The notes below the pieces were generated by a model. The model was not told where the DNA came from. It searched no databases and worked only from the letters and a program-made list of their open reading frames with translations. Below are positions 51,576-60,628 of a DNA stretch of 64,000 bases, piece after piece (position 1 is the first letter of the stretch; every line of letters starts with the position of its first letter). Origin of the DNA: an uncultured delta proteobacterium (GTDB lineage Bacteria; Desulfobacterota; Syntrophobacteria; Syntrophobacterales; Syntrophobacteraceae). The stretch lies in assembly GCA_963808625.1 (NCBI GenBank), contig CAWEHK010000010.1:18664-82663 (forward strand), read 5' to 3'. Both the position numbers and the translations under genes were made by a program.

Positions 51576-51607
51576 AAGCCGTGGTTTTCCCGACCACGGC
51601 TTTTTTT
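51576..51607 (+). terminator. Intrinsic terminator (attenuator) 38 nt before the SBP start
   Basis: AAGCCGTGGT-tttcccg-ACCACGGCTT followed by T7 tract (51601-51607). Confidence 0.88.
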
Positions 51608-51645
51608 GTGGACGTTATCGAAATAAGAGCACGGAGGGAGCAGGT

Positions 51646-52821
51646 ATGAAAGGATTTGGAAGGTCTCTGGCATCGGTGGTCTTGGTTGGGGTCCTGCTGG
51701 GAGGGCTCTGGAATGTGGTAGTCCCGTCCACGGTGGGCGCCGCGGAACCATACAAGATTGGTGCGGTCTTTTCCATCACCGGCGTCGGCTCATTTCTTGG
51801 CGAACCCGAAAAGAAAACCGCCGAGATGATTGCCGAGGAAGTGAACAAGAAGGGCGGCATCAATGGCCATCCCATCGAACTGATCGTCTACGACGATGAG
51901 AGCGATACGACCAAGTGCAATCTCGCGGTCAAGAAATTGATCAAGAAGGACGAGGTCCCGGTCATCATTGGCCCCACCCGGAGCGGCGAGACCCTCGCCG
52001 TGGTGAGTGTGGTGGAAGAGGCTCAGGTGCCGCTCATCTCCTGCGCCACGAGCTACAAGATCGTCACCCCCATCGAGAGCCGCCAGTGGGTCTTCAAAGT
52101 GGCTGCTTCCGATGCTCATGTCGTCGCCAAGCTCTTTGATTACATGAAAGCCAAGGGCTGGACCAAAATCGCGATCATGACGGATTCCACGGGATATGGA
52201 GCAAGCGCCCGGGAGGAATTCTTGAGACTGGCCCCCGAATCCGGGATCACCATCCTCGCTGATGAACGCTTTGGTCCTCAGGATACCGATCTCACGCCCC
52301 AGTTGACGAAGATTCGCAGCACCCAGCCGCAGGCTATCGTGAGCTGGTCAGTAGGACCAACCCAGATCATCTCGGTAAAGAACTGGCGGGATCTCGGTAT
52401 GGATTCCATCCCGCTCTTTCAGAGCCACGGGTTCGGCAACAAGAAGAACCTCGAGCTGGCGGGAAAATCTGCGGAGGGAGTCCTGCTCGCCCTGGCCCGG
52501 GTGAATGTGGGCCCCATCCTTCCCGACGGCCAGCCGCAGAAGAAAGTGATCATGGAATACACGAAGGCTTATGAAGATCGCTTCAAAGAGCCCATTTCCT
52601 CTTTCGGCGGCCATGCCTGGGACGCCATGAACCTGGCTATCGCCGCGCTGCAGGCGGTTGGACCCGACCCGGCAAAGATTCGAGATTATCTCGAAAAGAC
52701 CACCAAGTTCGTCGGCATGCACGGTATATTCAACTTTTCGCCCCAGGACCACAACGGACTCAGCAAGGACGACCTGGAAATGGTGGTGGTGAAAAACGGG
52801 GATTGGGCCCTCGCGCCTTAG
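51646..52821 (+). CDS. HAAT/LivJ-family ABC substrate-binding protein (aromatic-acid-like)
   Basis: Signal peptide; KIGAVFSITG, GGINGHPIELIVYDDES, FNFSPQDHNG. Confidence 0.92.
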   Translation: MKGFGRSLASVVLVGVLLGGLWNVVVPSTVGAAEPYKIGAVFSITGVGSFLGEPEKKTAEMIAEEVNKKGGINGHPIELIVYDDESDTTKCNLAVKKLIKKDEVPVIIGPTRSGETLAVVSVVEEAQVPLISCATSYKIVTPIESRQWVFKVAASDAHVVAKLFDYMKAKGWTKIAIMTDSTGYGASAREEFLRLAPESGITILADERFGPQDTDLTPQLTKIRSTQPQAIVSWSVGPTQIISVKNWRDLGMDSIPLFQSHGFGNKKNLELAGKSAEGVLLALARVNVGPILPDGQPQKKVIMEYTKAYEDRFKEPISSFGGHAWDAMNLAIAALQAVGPDPAKIRDYLEKTTKFVGMHGIFNFSPQDHNGLSKDDLEMVVVKNGDWALAP

Positions 52822-52848
52822 AAACTATCTCAAAAGTGGCCCATATGG

Positions 52849-53024
52849 AAGCCGGGGTCCAGAACCCCACGGAAAACCTGGATTCCCGCCAAACGCGGGA
52901 ATGACGGTTCGAGTTCGGACCCTCATTTATGTGAGCTTTACTGTGTTTGAAATTACTCCCGTCATCCCGGCGAAAGCCGGTATCCAGGCTATTCTTCTGG
53001 ATTCCGGCGTACGCCGGAATGACG
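52849..53024. repeat. REP cluster (GTCATCCCGGCG...CCGGAATGAC family)
   Basis: CTGGATTCCCGCCAAACGCGGGAATGACG and CGTCATCCCGGCGAAAGCCGGTATCCAG...CTGGATTCCGGCGTACGCCGGAATGACG. Confidence 0.8.
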
Positions 53025-53116
53025 CAGAGGACTTTCATGCTTCGTTGTGACCCACCGAGTCACGGGGGGTTAGTAAGAACGGCCCCCGCTAAAGATCTGA
53101 CACAGGTGAATGGAAC

Positions 53117-54004
53117 TTGGGCAGCGATTTATTTCAATACACGATCAGCGGGCTCACCATCGGCGTCATTTATGCCCTGGTGGCGATCGGCTACAACGTA
53201 ATCTACAACGTCACCGAGATCATCAACTTCGCTCAGGGCGAATTCGTCATGCTGGGAGGCTTGTTCGCGGTCTTCTTTGTGGGGACGCTGCGTCTGCCGC
53301 TCGGGGTGGCCTTTTTCGGCGCGATCATCGCCACCGGGTGCGTCGGATTTGCCATGGAACGCTTCGTCATTCGGCGCGCCCGTGACGCCAGTGTGCTTTC
53401 ACTCATCATCATCACCATCGCGGTCTCCATCCTCCTCAAAGGGACGGCGATGTTCTGCTGGGGTAAAGATCCTTACGCCCTGCCCGCTTTCAGCCCCGGC
53501 GGTCCGATCCTCTTTGGCGGTGCAGCCATCCAGCCCCAGGCGCTCTGGGTCCTTGGCGTGAGCGCGCTGATCGTGATCTGCCTTACACTCTTTTTCCGCC
53601 GCTCCGTTTACGGCAAGGCGATGCTGGCCTGCGCCGACAACCCCAACGCGGCGCGCATGACGGGAATTCCCGTGCGCCAGATGGTGCTCCTCTCGTTTGT
53701 TCTGAGCGCCGCCATCGGCGCTGCTGCGGGCGTGGTCATCACACCGATTTCTCTCATGGAATATGACCGCGGGGCGCTGCTCGGGCTCAAGGGCTTCGGG
53801 GCTGCCGTCCTCGGGGGGCTCGGACAGTTCCATGGCGCCCTCATTGCCGGCGCCGTCCTCGGTCTTGCGGAATCGTTTTGCGCAGGCTACCTGTCATCCG
53901 GTTACAAGGATGCCGTGGCGCTCGTGCTGTTGCTTTTGGCGCTCTTTTTTAAACCCGAGGGGCTTTTTGGCAGCAGTGAGGCGGCGAAGTTGAAGAAGTT
54001 TTGA
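53117..54004 (+). CDS. LivH-like ABC permease
   Basis: YALVAIG, INFAQGEFVMLG, GKAMLACADN, AAVLGGLG, KPEGLFG. Confidence 0.93.
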   Translation: MGSDLFQYTISGLTIGVIYALVAIGYNVIYNVTEIINFAQGEFVMLGGLFAVFFVGTLRLPLGVAFFGAIIATGCVGFAMERFVIRRARDASVLSLIIITIAVSILLKGTAMFCWGKDPYALPAFSPGGPILFGGAAIQPQALWVLGVSALIVICLTLFFRRSVYGKAMLACADNPNAARMTGIPVRQMVLLSFVLSAAIGAAAGVVITPISLMEYDRGALLGLKGFGAAVLGGLGQFHGALIAGAVLGLAESFCAGYLSSGYKDAVALVLLLLALFFKPEGLFGSSEAAKLKKF

Positions 54005-54148
54005 GTGGCGAGTGACTAGTGGCTAGTGGCTAGTACACCTGGGCGAAAATTCGTGGGTTGTGGGTGGGCACGATAAAGCTGTGCCCACCCTACGATGTGT
54101 GAAGGTCTGAGCAGAGTGTAGGGTGGGCACGTCTTTTTGTGCCCACCG
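54003..54148. repeat. Heptamer array (KAGTGRC) plus GTAG-type REP doublet
   Basis: GAGTGGC GAGTGAC TAGTGGC TAGTGGC; GGTGGGCAC...GTGCCCACCCTAC / GTAGGGTGGGCAC...GTGCCCACC. Confidence 0.8.
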
Positions 54149-54252
54149 GAACCGCGCAGAGACTTGCGCCGACGGGTATTAGTGATGAGCGGTGACGGGT
54201 GAGTGATGGGGGATGGGATGGGGCGTTTGGGATGGGTTGAGAGGCTTTTGAA

Positions 54253-55233
54253 ATGAACAGGAAGGATTGGGGGATTTTCCTGGGGACCATGCTTCTGATT
54301 GCGGTTTTCCCCTGGATGGTCAAGCCCTTCAAAGCGGTTTCCCACTACATCGATGTCATGATCTTTGCCGGTATTTTTAGCCTCATCAGTATCGGCCTCA
54401 GCATGCTGATGGGTTATGCGGGACAGATTTCGATGGCCCAGGCCGCGTTTTTTGGGATCGGCGCGTACACCTCAGGCATCCTCACCGCGCGGTTCGGTTT
54501 AAACCCCTGGCTGGTCATGCCCGCCGGGATGCTGCTTGCCGCCGTCGTGGCATGGCTTCTTGGCATTCCGGCCCTGCGTTTGAAAGGGCATTACCTCGCC
54601 ATGGCGACCCTGGGTTTCGGCGTCATTGTCCACATCGTCCTCAGCGAAGAAGTGAACTTGACGGGAGGACCCTCCGGGATGGCCGACATCCCCAACCTGA
54701 CCATCGCGGGCACCAAACTAACCAGCGAAATCGCCTATTATTACGTCGTTTGGGCGGCGGTCTTTCTCGTGCTTCTGTTTTGTTTTCTGGTGCTTCATTC
54801 CCGGGTTGGGAGGGCGCTGCGCGCCATTCACGAAGAGCAAACGGCAGCCGAAGCCATGGGCGTCCCGACGGCGCGGCTCAAGGTTCAGGTATTCGTGCTG
54901 AGCGCCGTGCTTGCCGCGCTCGCCGGAAGCTTTTACACGCATTACGTCACCTTTCTCAATCCCGGGTCCTTCAACCTGATGTGGTCCATCCGCTTCATGC
55001 TCATGGTTATGGTCGGGGGCATGCAAAGCCTCTGGGGAGCCTTACTGGGAACCGTTCTCATGACCTTCGTCGGCAATGAGTGGCTGCAAGTTTTTGCGGA
55101 CTTTGAAATTTTGGCATACGGTGCTATCCTGCTCGTCGTTGCGCTGTTTTTGCCCAGGGGGCTGGTATCCCTTATATCGCAGGGTTTTGGCTCCCGTAAG
55201 GTCCGACCATCTCTGGCTGATGGAAGCTCATGA
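54253..55233 (+). CDS. LivM-like ABC permease
   Basis: GYAGQISMAQAAFFGIGAY, LRLKGHYLAMATLGF, GRALRAI, PRGL. Confidence 0.93.
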   Translation: MNRKDWGIFLGTMLLIAVFPWMVKPFKAVSHYIDVMIFAGIFSLISIGLSMLMGYAGQISMAQAAFFGIGAYTSGILTARFGLNPWLVMPAGMLLAAVVAWLLGIPALRLKGHYLAMATLGFGVIVHIVLSEEVNLTGGPSGMADIPNLTIAGTKLTSEIAYYYVVWAAVFLVLLFCFLVLHSRVGRALRAIHEEQTAAEAMGVPTARLKVQVFVLSAVLAALAGSFYTHYVTFLNPGSFNLMWSIRFMLMVMVGGMQSLWGALLGTVLMTFVGNEWLQVFADFEILAYGAILLVVALFLPRGLVSLISQGFGSRKVRPSLADGSS

Positions 55234-56018
55234 CCGGAACGACAACTGATTCCTCCGCCCCAATCCTCGAACTTCACGATATTCACATGCAGTTTGGGGG
55301 CATTACCGCCCTGAAAGGATTGAGCTACAACGTTCCTTCGGGGATCATTCAGGCGGTGATCGGCCCGAACGGGGCGGGCAAGACAACGTTGTTCCATTGC
55401 ATCAGCGGACTCCACCAGCCCACTTCCGGCCAGGTTCTCTTCGCGGGGCGGCAAATCAGCGGCGAGCCTCCCCATCGCATTGCCGGCGCCGGCATCTCCC
55501 GGACCTTTCAGCACGTGGCCCTCTTCAAGTCCATGACCGTGCTCGAAAACATCATGGTCGGCCGGCATTGTCGGACTCACTGCGGATTCTGGGCGACCGG
55601 GCTGCGTTTTCCCGGCATGCGCGCCGAGGAAAAACGAATCCAGGAAAAAGCGGCGGCTCATCTCGAGTTTGTCGGCTTGAGCGATGCCGCTTACCTGCAG
55701 GCAGGGACCCTTCCCCTCGGCAAGCAAAAAATCCTTGAGATCGCCAGGGCCCTCGCCACAGACCCCCGCCTGGTCCTGCTTGACGAGCCCGCCGGGGGCC
55801 TCAACATGCGCGAGACGGAAGAGCTCGGCGAGTTGATTCAGCGCATCTGCGCGAGCGGCATCACGGTCATGCTGGTGGAACATGACATGAACCTCGTCAT
55901 GGAGATTTCCGATCTGGTCCTCGTGCTTCATTACGGGGAATTCCTGGCGGCAGGCACCCCGACGGTAATCAAGGACCGTCCCGAAGTGATCGAGGCGTAT
56001 TTGGGGGAGCAGGGGTAG
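55230..56018 (+). CDS. LivG-like ABC ATPase
   Basis: GPNGAGKTT, RTFQ, LLDEPAGG, VEHDM, VIEAYLG. Confidence 0.95.
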   Translation: MTGTTTDSSAPILELHDIHMQFGGITALKGLSYNVPSGIIQAVIGPNGAGKTTLFHCISGLHQPTSGQVLFAGRQISGEPPHRIAGAGISRTFQHVALFKSMTVLENIMVGRHCRTHCGFWATGLRFPGMRAEEKRIQEKAAAHLEFVGLSDAAYLQAGTLPLGKQKILEIARALATDPRLVLLDEPAGGLNMRETEELGELIQRICASGITVMLVEHDMNLVMEISDLVLVLHYGEFLAAGTPTVIKDRPEVIEAYLGEQG

Positions 56019-56095
56019 TAGTGGCTAGTGAATAGTGGCTAGTGGCTAGTGAATAGTGGCTGGTTGCTAGCGGCTATTGGTCAGCGATCAGCGGA
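56019..56095. repeat. Heptamer tandem array (TAGTGRM, about 11 degenerating units)
   Basis: TAGTGGC TAGTGAA TAGTGGC TAGTGGC TAGTGAA TAGTGGC ... starting right after the livG stop. Confidence 0.9.
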
Positions 56096-56265
56096 GAAAG
56101 TTCCCATGATAATGGTTGCGGTCAGCAACCGATTGTTTCCGGCATAAGTCAGGGATAATGTCATTCCGAGAAAGTCGCTCTTTGTTTGGAAGAGTTGTCA
56201 TGTCGGAGCACCACGTGCAAGAAATGAAATTGGGTATCCGCCGTCTGCTCGGCGCCTCCTCTGAC

Positions 56266-56298
56266 CACTGATCACTGATCACTGATCACTGATCACTG
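56266..56298. repeat. Heptamer tandem array (CACTGAT)x4.7
   Basis: CACTGAT repeated, just before the livF start. Confidence 0.95.
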
Positions 56299-56310
56299 TT
56301 TTGGGCTGAT

Positions 56311-57042
56311 ATGTTAAATCTCAAGAGCGTACACACCTACTATGGCAGCATCCATGCCCTGAAGGGCGTTTCCCTGCACGTTCGGGCGGGCGAAATGGTG
56401 GCTCTTATTGGCGCCAACGGCGCGGGGAAGAGTACCCTGGTCAACACCATCTGTGGCCTCATCCGGCCCGAGAAGGGGAGCATTGAATTTCACAGCAAAG
56501 CCGTTCAGGGACTTTCTCCTGAATCCATTGTGCGCATGGGGATTGCGCTCGTTCCCGAGGGGCGACAGGTCTTTTCCACCCTGACGGTGGAAGCAAACCT
56601 GGAAATGGGGGCCTTCATCCATCGGCACCACGGCCAGCAGGTCCGGGAAGATATGGCCCGCATGTTTGATCGCTTTCCGATCCTGAAAGAGCGGCGGCAG
56701 CAGCTTGCCGGGACGCTCAGCGGCGGGGAGCAGCAGATGCTTGCCATCAGCCGCGCGCTCATGGCCAGGCCGCAGTTGCTGGTCCTGGATGAGCCTTCCA
56801 TGGGGCTGGCTCCGCTCGTGGTAAAAGAGATTTTCAAGATCATTCAGGAATTGAAGCGGGAAGGGAAGACCATCCTCCTCATCGAACAGAATGCCAGGGC
56901 CGCCCTCCAGATCGCCGATCGCGGCTATGTCATGGAGACGGGCAAGGTGGTGCTGCAAGGGGAAGGACCCATGCTTCTCGAACATCGCGAGGTTCAAAGA
57001 GCATACCTTGGCAGGGGCGCCAAACAGATCTGGGATGCTTGA
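56311..57042 (+). CDS. LivF-like ABC ATPase
   Basis: GANGAGKST, VPEGRQVF, LSGGEQQM, LDEPSMGLAP, EQNA. Confidence 0.95.
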   Translation: MLNLKSVHTYYGSIHALKGVSLHVRAGEMVALIGANGAGKSTLVNTICGLIRPEKGSIEFHSKAVQGLSPESIVRMGIALVPEGRQVFSTLTVEANLEMGAFIHRHHGQQVREDMARMFDRFPILKERRQQLAGTLSGGEQQMLAISRALMARPQLLVLDEPSMGLAPLVVKEIFKIIQELKREGKTILLIEQNARAALQIADRGYVMETGKVVLQGEGPMLLEHREVQRAYLGRGAKQIWDA

Positions 57043-57117
57043 CCACCATACGCATCAGACCAAGGTTTAAGCGATATCGAGTTAGGCCTGCGCGAGGTCG
57101 CCAGTCGGGTGTCGAAT

Positions 57118-57332
57118 GCCCTGAAAGCGCTTCATAAAATAGCCTAGGGTAAGCGGCAGCGCCACCCTGGGATTGACGGTAATCCCCTTTTCCCTTACCC
57201 TGAAGGGGTTAGATAAATCGTTGTGCCGGTATATCTTATGCAACCCCTTCAGGGTAGGATTTGTGTTGTGCCTGGCTTCCCAGGGTGGCGCTGCCGCTGA
57301 CCCTGGGCTGATTTATAGAGCCCCTTCAGGGC
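57118..57332. repeat. About 215-bp nested palindromic element
   Basis: GCCCTGAAAG...GCGGCAGCGCCACCCTGGG...ACCCTGAAGGGGTT / AACCCCTTCAGGGT...CCCAGGGTGGCGCTGCCGC...CTTCAGGGC. Confidence 0.85.
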
Positions 57333-57396
57333 AAGACAGTTAGCTCGATCGGCACGGGTTAGAGCCCCCCAAGAATCAACCAGAAAGGAAGCCGTC

Positions 57397-58710
57397 ATGC
57401 CAATTTGGGAGCCCGAGGCGGAATGCATTTCGCGGGATGAGTTGGAACAGCTCCAGCTCGAGCGCCTCCAGGCCACCTTGAACCGGGTCTACCGAAACGT
57501 CTCCTTTTTTCGGCGCCGTTTCAAGGAGCTGGATTTCCGCCCCGAGGATGATTTTACGGAATTGAAGGACCTGGAACGTCTGCCTTTCACAACCAGCCTG
57601 GATGTCAGCAATAGCTACCCTTACGAGATGTTCGCCGTCCCCCTGCGAGAAGTGGTGCGGGTGCACACCTCTTCGGGGACCAGCACCAATCCGCGCGTGG
57701 TGGGCTACACCCGGCAGGACCTCCGCATCTGGAGCAACCTTGTGGCACGCGTCCTCAGCGCCGGCGGCGTGACCCAGGATGACGTCATTCAGGTGACGTT
57801 CGGCTATGGCCTCCTCACCGGCGGCCTCGGCATCCATTACGGGGCCGAGCGCATCGGCGCATCGGTGCTGCCGACCTCGATCGGACGCACCGAGAGGCAG
57901 ATCAAAATCATGCAGGATTTCCGAACCACGGTCCTCGTCTCCACCCCTTCCTACACCCTGGTCATTGCCGAGCGGATGGACCGGATGAAGGTGGACCCCA
58001 AGAGGCTTTCGCTAAAGTACAGCATCTGTGCCGGCGAACCTTGGACCGAGGAGATGCGCCGCGAGATCGAGGAGCGGCTTTACGTCAAGGTTACCGATAA
58101 CTACGGGGTCAGTGAAGTCATCGGGCCGGGGGTAGCCGGTGAGTGCCTGGAACAAAACGGCATGCACCTGCAGGAAGACCATTTCTATGCGGAAGTGATC
58201 GATCCGGTAAGCGGTAAAGTCCTGGGACCGGGCGCCGAGGGCGAGCTCGTCATCACGACGCTCACGAAAGAGGCCTTCCCCATGATTCGCTACCGGACCG
58301 GGGATTTGTCCCGCATCATGACGGAGCGCTGTCCGTGCGGCCGGACGTTCAGGCGGATCAGCCGCATCCGCGGACGCTGTGACGAGGTCGTGGTGATCAA
58401 GGGGATCAACATCATTCCCGAACGGATTGGCGATATCCTCGAGCAAATCAAGGGGGAGCGCCCGATCTACCAGCTCGTTGCCACGCGCCGGCACCACCAG
58501 GACCAGCTCGAAATCTGGGTGGAAGTCACGGAACAGTTTTTCTTTGATAAGATGCGCGAACAGCGCGCTCTGGTGGAGTCAATGCAGCAGAAGGTCACCA
58601 ATTTCATCGGGATCACGCCGCGCATCAAGCTGGTGGAAAAAGGGTCGCTCGCACGGGAGGACGGAGTGGTCAAGCTTTTTGTCAATCGACGGGAGGTTTC
58701 ACATGCATGA
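57397..58710 (+). CDS. paaK: Phenylacetate/arylacetate-CoA ligase
   Basis: EQLQLERLQ, VRVHTSSGT, FGYGLLTGGLG, NYGVSEVIGPGVAGEC, RYRTGD. Confidence 0.9.
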   Translation: MPIWEPEAECISRDELEQLQLERLQATLNRVYRNVSFFRRRFKELDFRPEDDFTELKDLERLPFTTSLDVSNSYPYEMFAVPLREVVRVHTSSGTSTNPRVVGYTRQDLRIWSNLVARVLSAGGVTQDDVIQVTFGYGLLTGGLGIHYGAERIGASVLPTSIGRTERQIKIMQDFRTTVLVSTPSYTLVIAERMDRMKVDPKRLSLKYSICAGEPWTEEMRREIEERLYVKVTDNYGVSEVIGPGVAGECLEQNGMHLQEDHFYAEVIDPVSGKVLGPGAEGELVITTLTKEAFPMIRYRTGDLSRIMTERCPCGRTFRRISRIRGRCDEVVVIKGINIIPERIGDILEQIKGERPIYQLVATRRHHQDQLEIWVEVTEQFFFDKMREQRALVESMQQKVTNFIGITPRIKLVEKGSLAREDGVVKLFVNRREVSHA

Positions 58711-60628
58711 ATTGTTGCAGCCCGGGAGCGAGCGCAAGCAGCTCCTGTTGGGCAATGAAGCGATTGTCCGCGGCGCCCTCGAAGGCGGCGTCCGCTTTGT
58801 GGCGGCTTATCCCGGAACGCCGTCTTCGGAGATCATCGACCGCTTCTATCAACTGGCGCCGGAAGCCCAAATCTACGTGGAATATTCGGTCAACGAGAAG
58901 GTTTCCATGGAAACGGCCGGCGCTGCGGCGCTCTCCGGTGTGAAGAGCCTCTGCGCCATGAAGCACGTGGGCTTGAACGTGGCGGCGGATGCTTTTATGA
59001 CGCTTGCCTACGTGGGCGTCAAAGCCGGAATGGTGATCGTGGTGGCTGACGACCCCTTTCTCCATTCCAGCCAGAATGAGCAGGACAACCGGTTTTATGC
59101 GAAAATGGCGGGAGTGCCGATGCTCGAGCCCTCCACCCGGAAGAAGCCAAAGCGATGACCATCGAAGCCCTGGCGCTTTCCGAGAAATACCAGATTCCGT
59201 GCATGCTCCGCACCACGACGCGGGTCAATCATTGCCGGGGTCCGGTGGCCCTGGGGGACCTTCCCGGTAATGGCTCCGGATCTTCCCCCCTTTCACAAAG
59301 GGGGGCCAGGGGGGATTTCAGCCCAAGGAACGTTCACCAAAGACCCCTTCAACCTGGTGGTAATTCCCGCCGTCGGCCGCAAGCTGCGCCTGGCCCTGCT
59401 CGAGAAACTGTCCCGGCTCCAGGAGGAAGCCGAGCAGAGCCCGCTCAATTTCACCGTTGGCGAAGGGAAATGGGGGGTCATCACCAGCGGCGTTTCCTAT
59501 CTCTATGTCCGGGACGCCGTGCGCGACCTCGGGCTCGAGCAGCGCGTGAAGGTCCTCAAACTGGGATTTACCTTTCCCCAGCCCCGAGCGCTGATCCGAG
59601 ATTTCCTGCGCGGGCTTACCAGGGTCCTGGTGGTGGAAGAGCTGGAGCCGTTCCTCGAGGAGACGGTGAGAATTGTCGCCCAGGAATCCGCTCTTCGGGT
59701 GCTGGTGGGCGGCAAAGGGGACGAGCTGATTCCCCGGGCGTTCGAACTGGATGCGGCCAAGGTGAAGCGCGCCATGAGCAACTTCTTCGGCGTTCCCTAC
59801 CAGGCTCCGGCGGTCTTCTCCATCCCGCAACTGCCGCAAAGGCCGCCCAACCTCTGCCCGGGCTGTCCGCATCGGGCAACCTACTATTCCGTCAGGAAAG
59901 TCTTTGGCGACGACGCCATCTATCCGACGGACATCGGCTGCTATACGCTCGGCATCCTGCCGCCGCTCCGGATGGCGGATTTCCTCATCTGCATGGGGTC
60001 GAGCGTCGCCACGGCCGGAGGCTTCAGCAAAGTTCTCGACCGCCCGGTGGTCGCTTTCATCGGCGATTCGACCTTCTTTCATGCGGGCCTTACCGGACTG
60101 GTGAACGCCGTGTCCCATGACCATCGCTTCCTGCTGGTCGTGCTCGACAACGGCACCACCGCCATGACCGGTCATCAGCCTCATCCCGGGGTCGAATTGA
60201 CCCCTCAGGGCAAGGTGGAGCCCAAGGTCAGCCTGGAGAGCGTCATCCGGGGCTGCGGCGTTACCCGCCTCGCCACGGTCAACCCGCTGCAGGTCAAGAA
60301 AACCCAGGAGGTGCTGCAGGACCTGCGCGAGCACATGCACGAGCCCGGCGTTTCCGTGCTCATTTCCAAAAGCCCCTGCCCGCTCTTCGAGAACCGTATG
60401 CTTGGCAAGAAGCAGAAGGTGGTCTTCGAAGTCGACGCCTCGTGCGACCTGTGCAAGAAATGCCTGGAGGAAGTGGGTTGCCCGGCTTTCATTTGGGAGC
60501 AGCCGGCGGCGGGCGCGTCCCGCATTCGGATCAATGCCGCGCTTTGCAGCGGGTGCAGCGTCTGCGCGCAGATGTGCAAATCCATCAAACCCAAGCGGCT
60601 CGATGACAGCAAGGGAGGGAACGAATGA
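58703..60628 (+). CDS. iorA: Indolepyruvate:ferredoxin oxidoreductase alpha subunit; two frameshifts near 59135-59270
   Basis: LLGNEAIVRG, YPGTPSSE, MKHVGLNVAAD, SSQNEQD, LCPGCPHR, DIGCY, IGDSTF, TAMTGHQ, C-terminal ferredoxin Cys motifs. Confidence 0.95.

Noticed and set aside
51400..51610. T-box or metabolite riboswitch as the explanation for the leader
   Set aside because: No T-box UGGNACC bulge motif or recognisable aptamer; uORF with aromatic codon run plus alternative hairpins fits better
5564..60628. Mass pseudogenisation or programmed frameshifting (der, mqnB, ubiB, activase, rne, LOG, rlmI, dsbC, GNAT, iorA)
   Set aside because: Breaks are single-base indels, often in short homopolymers, and hit the essential gene der while motifs stay intact; best explained by uncorrected sequencing error
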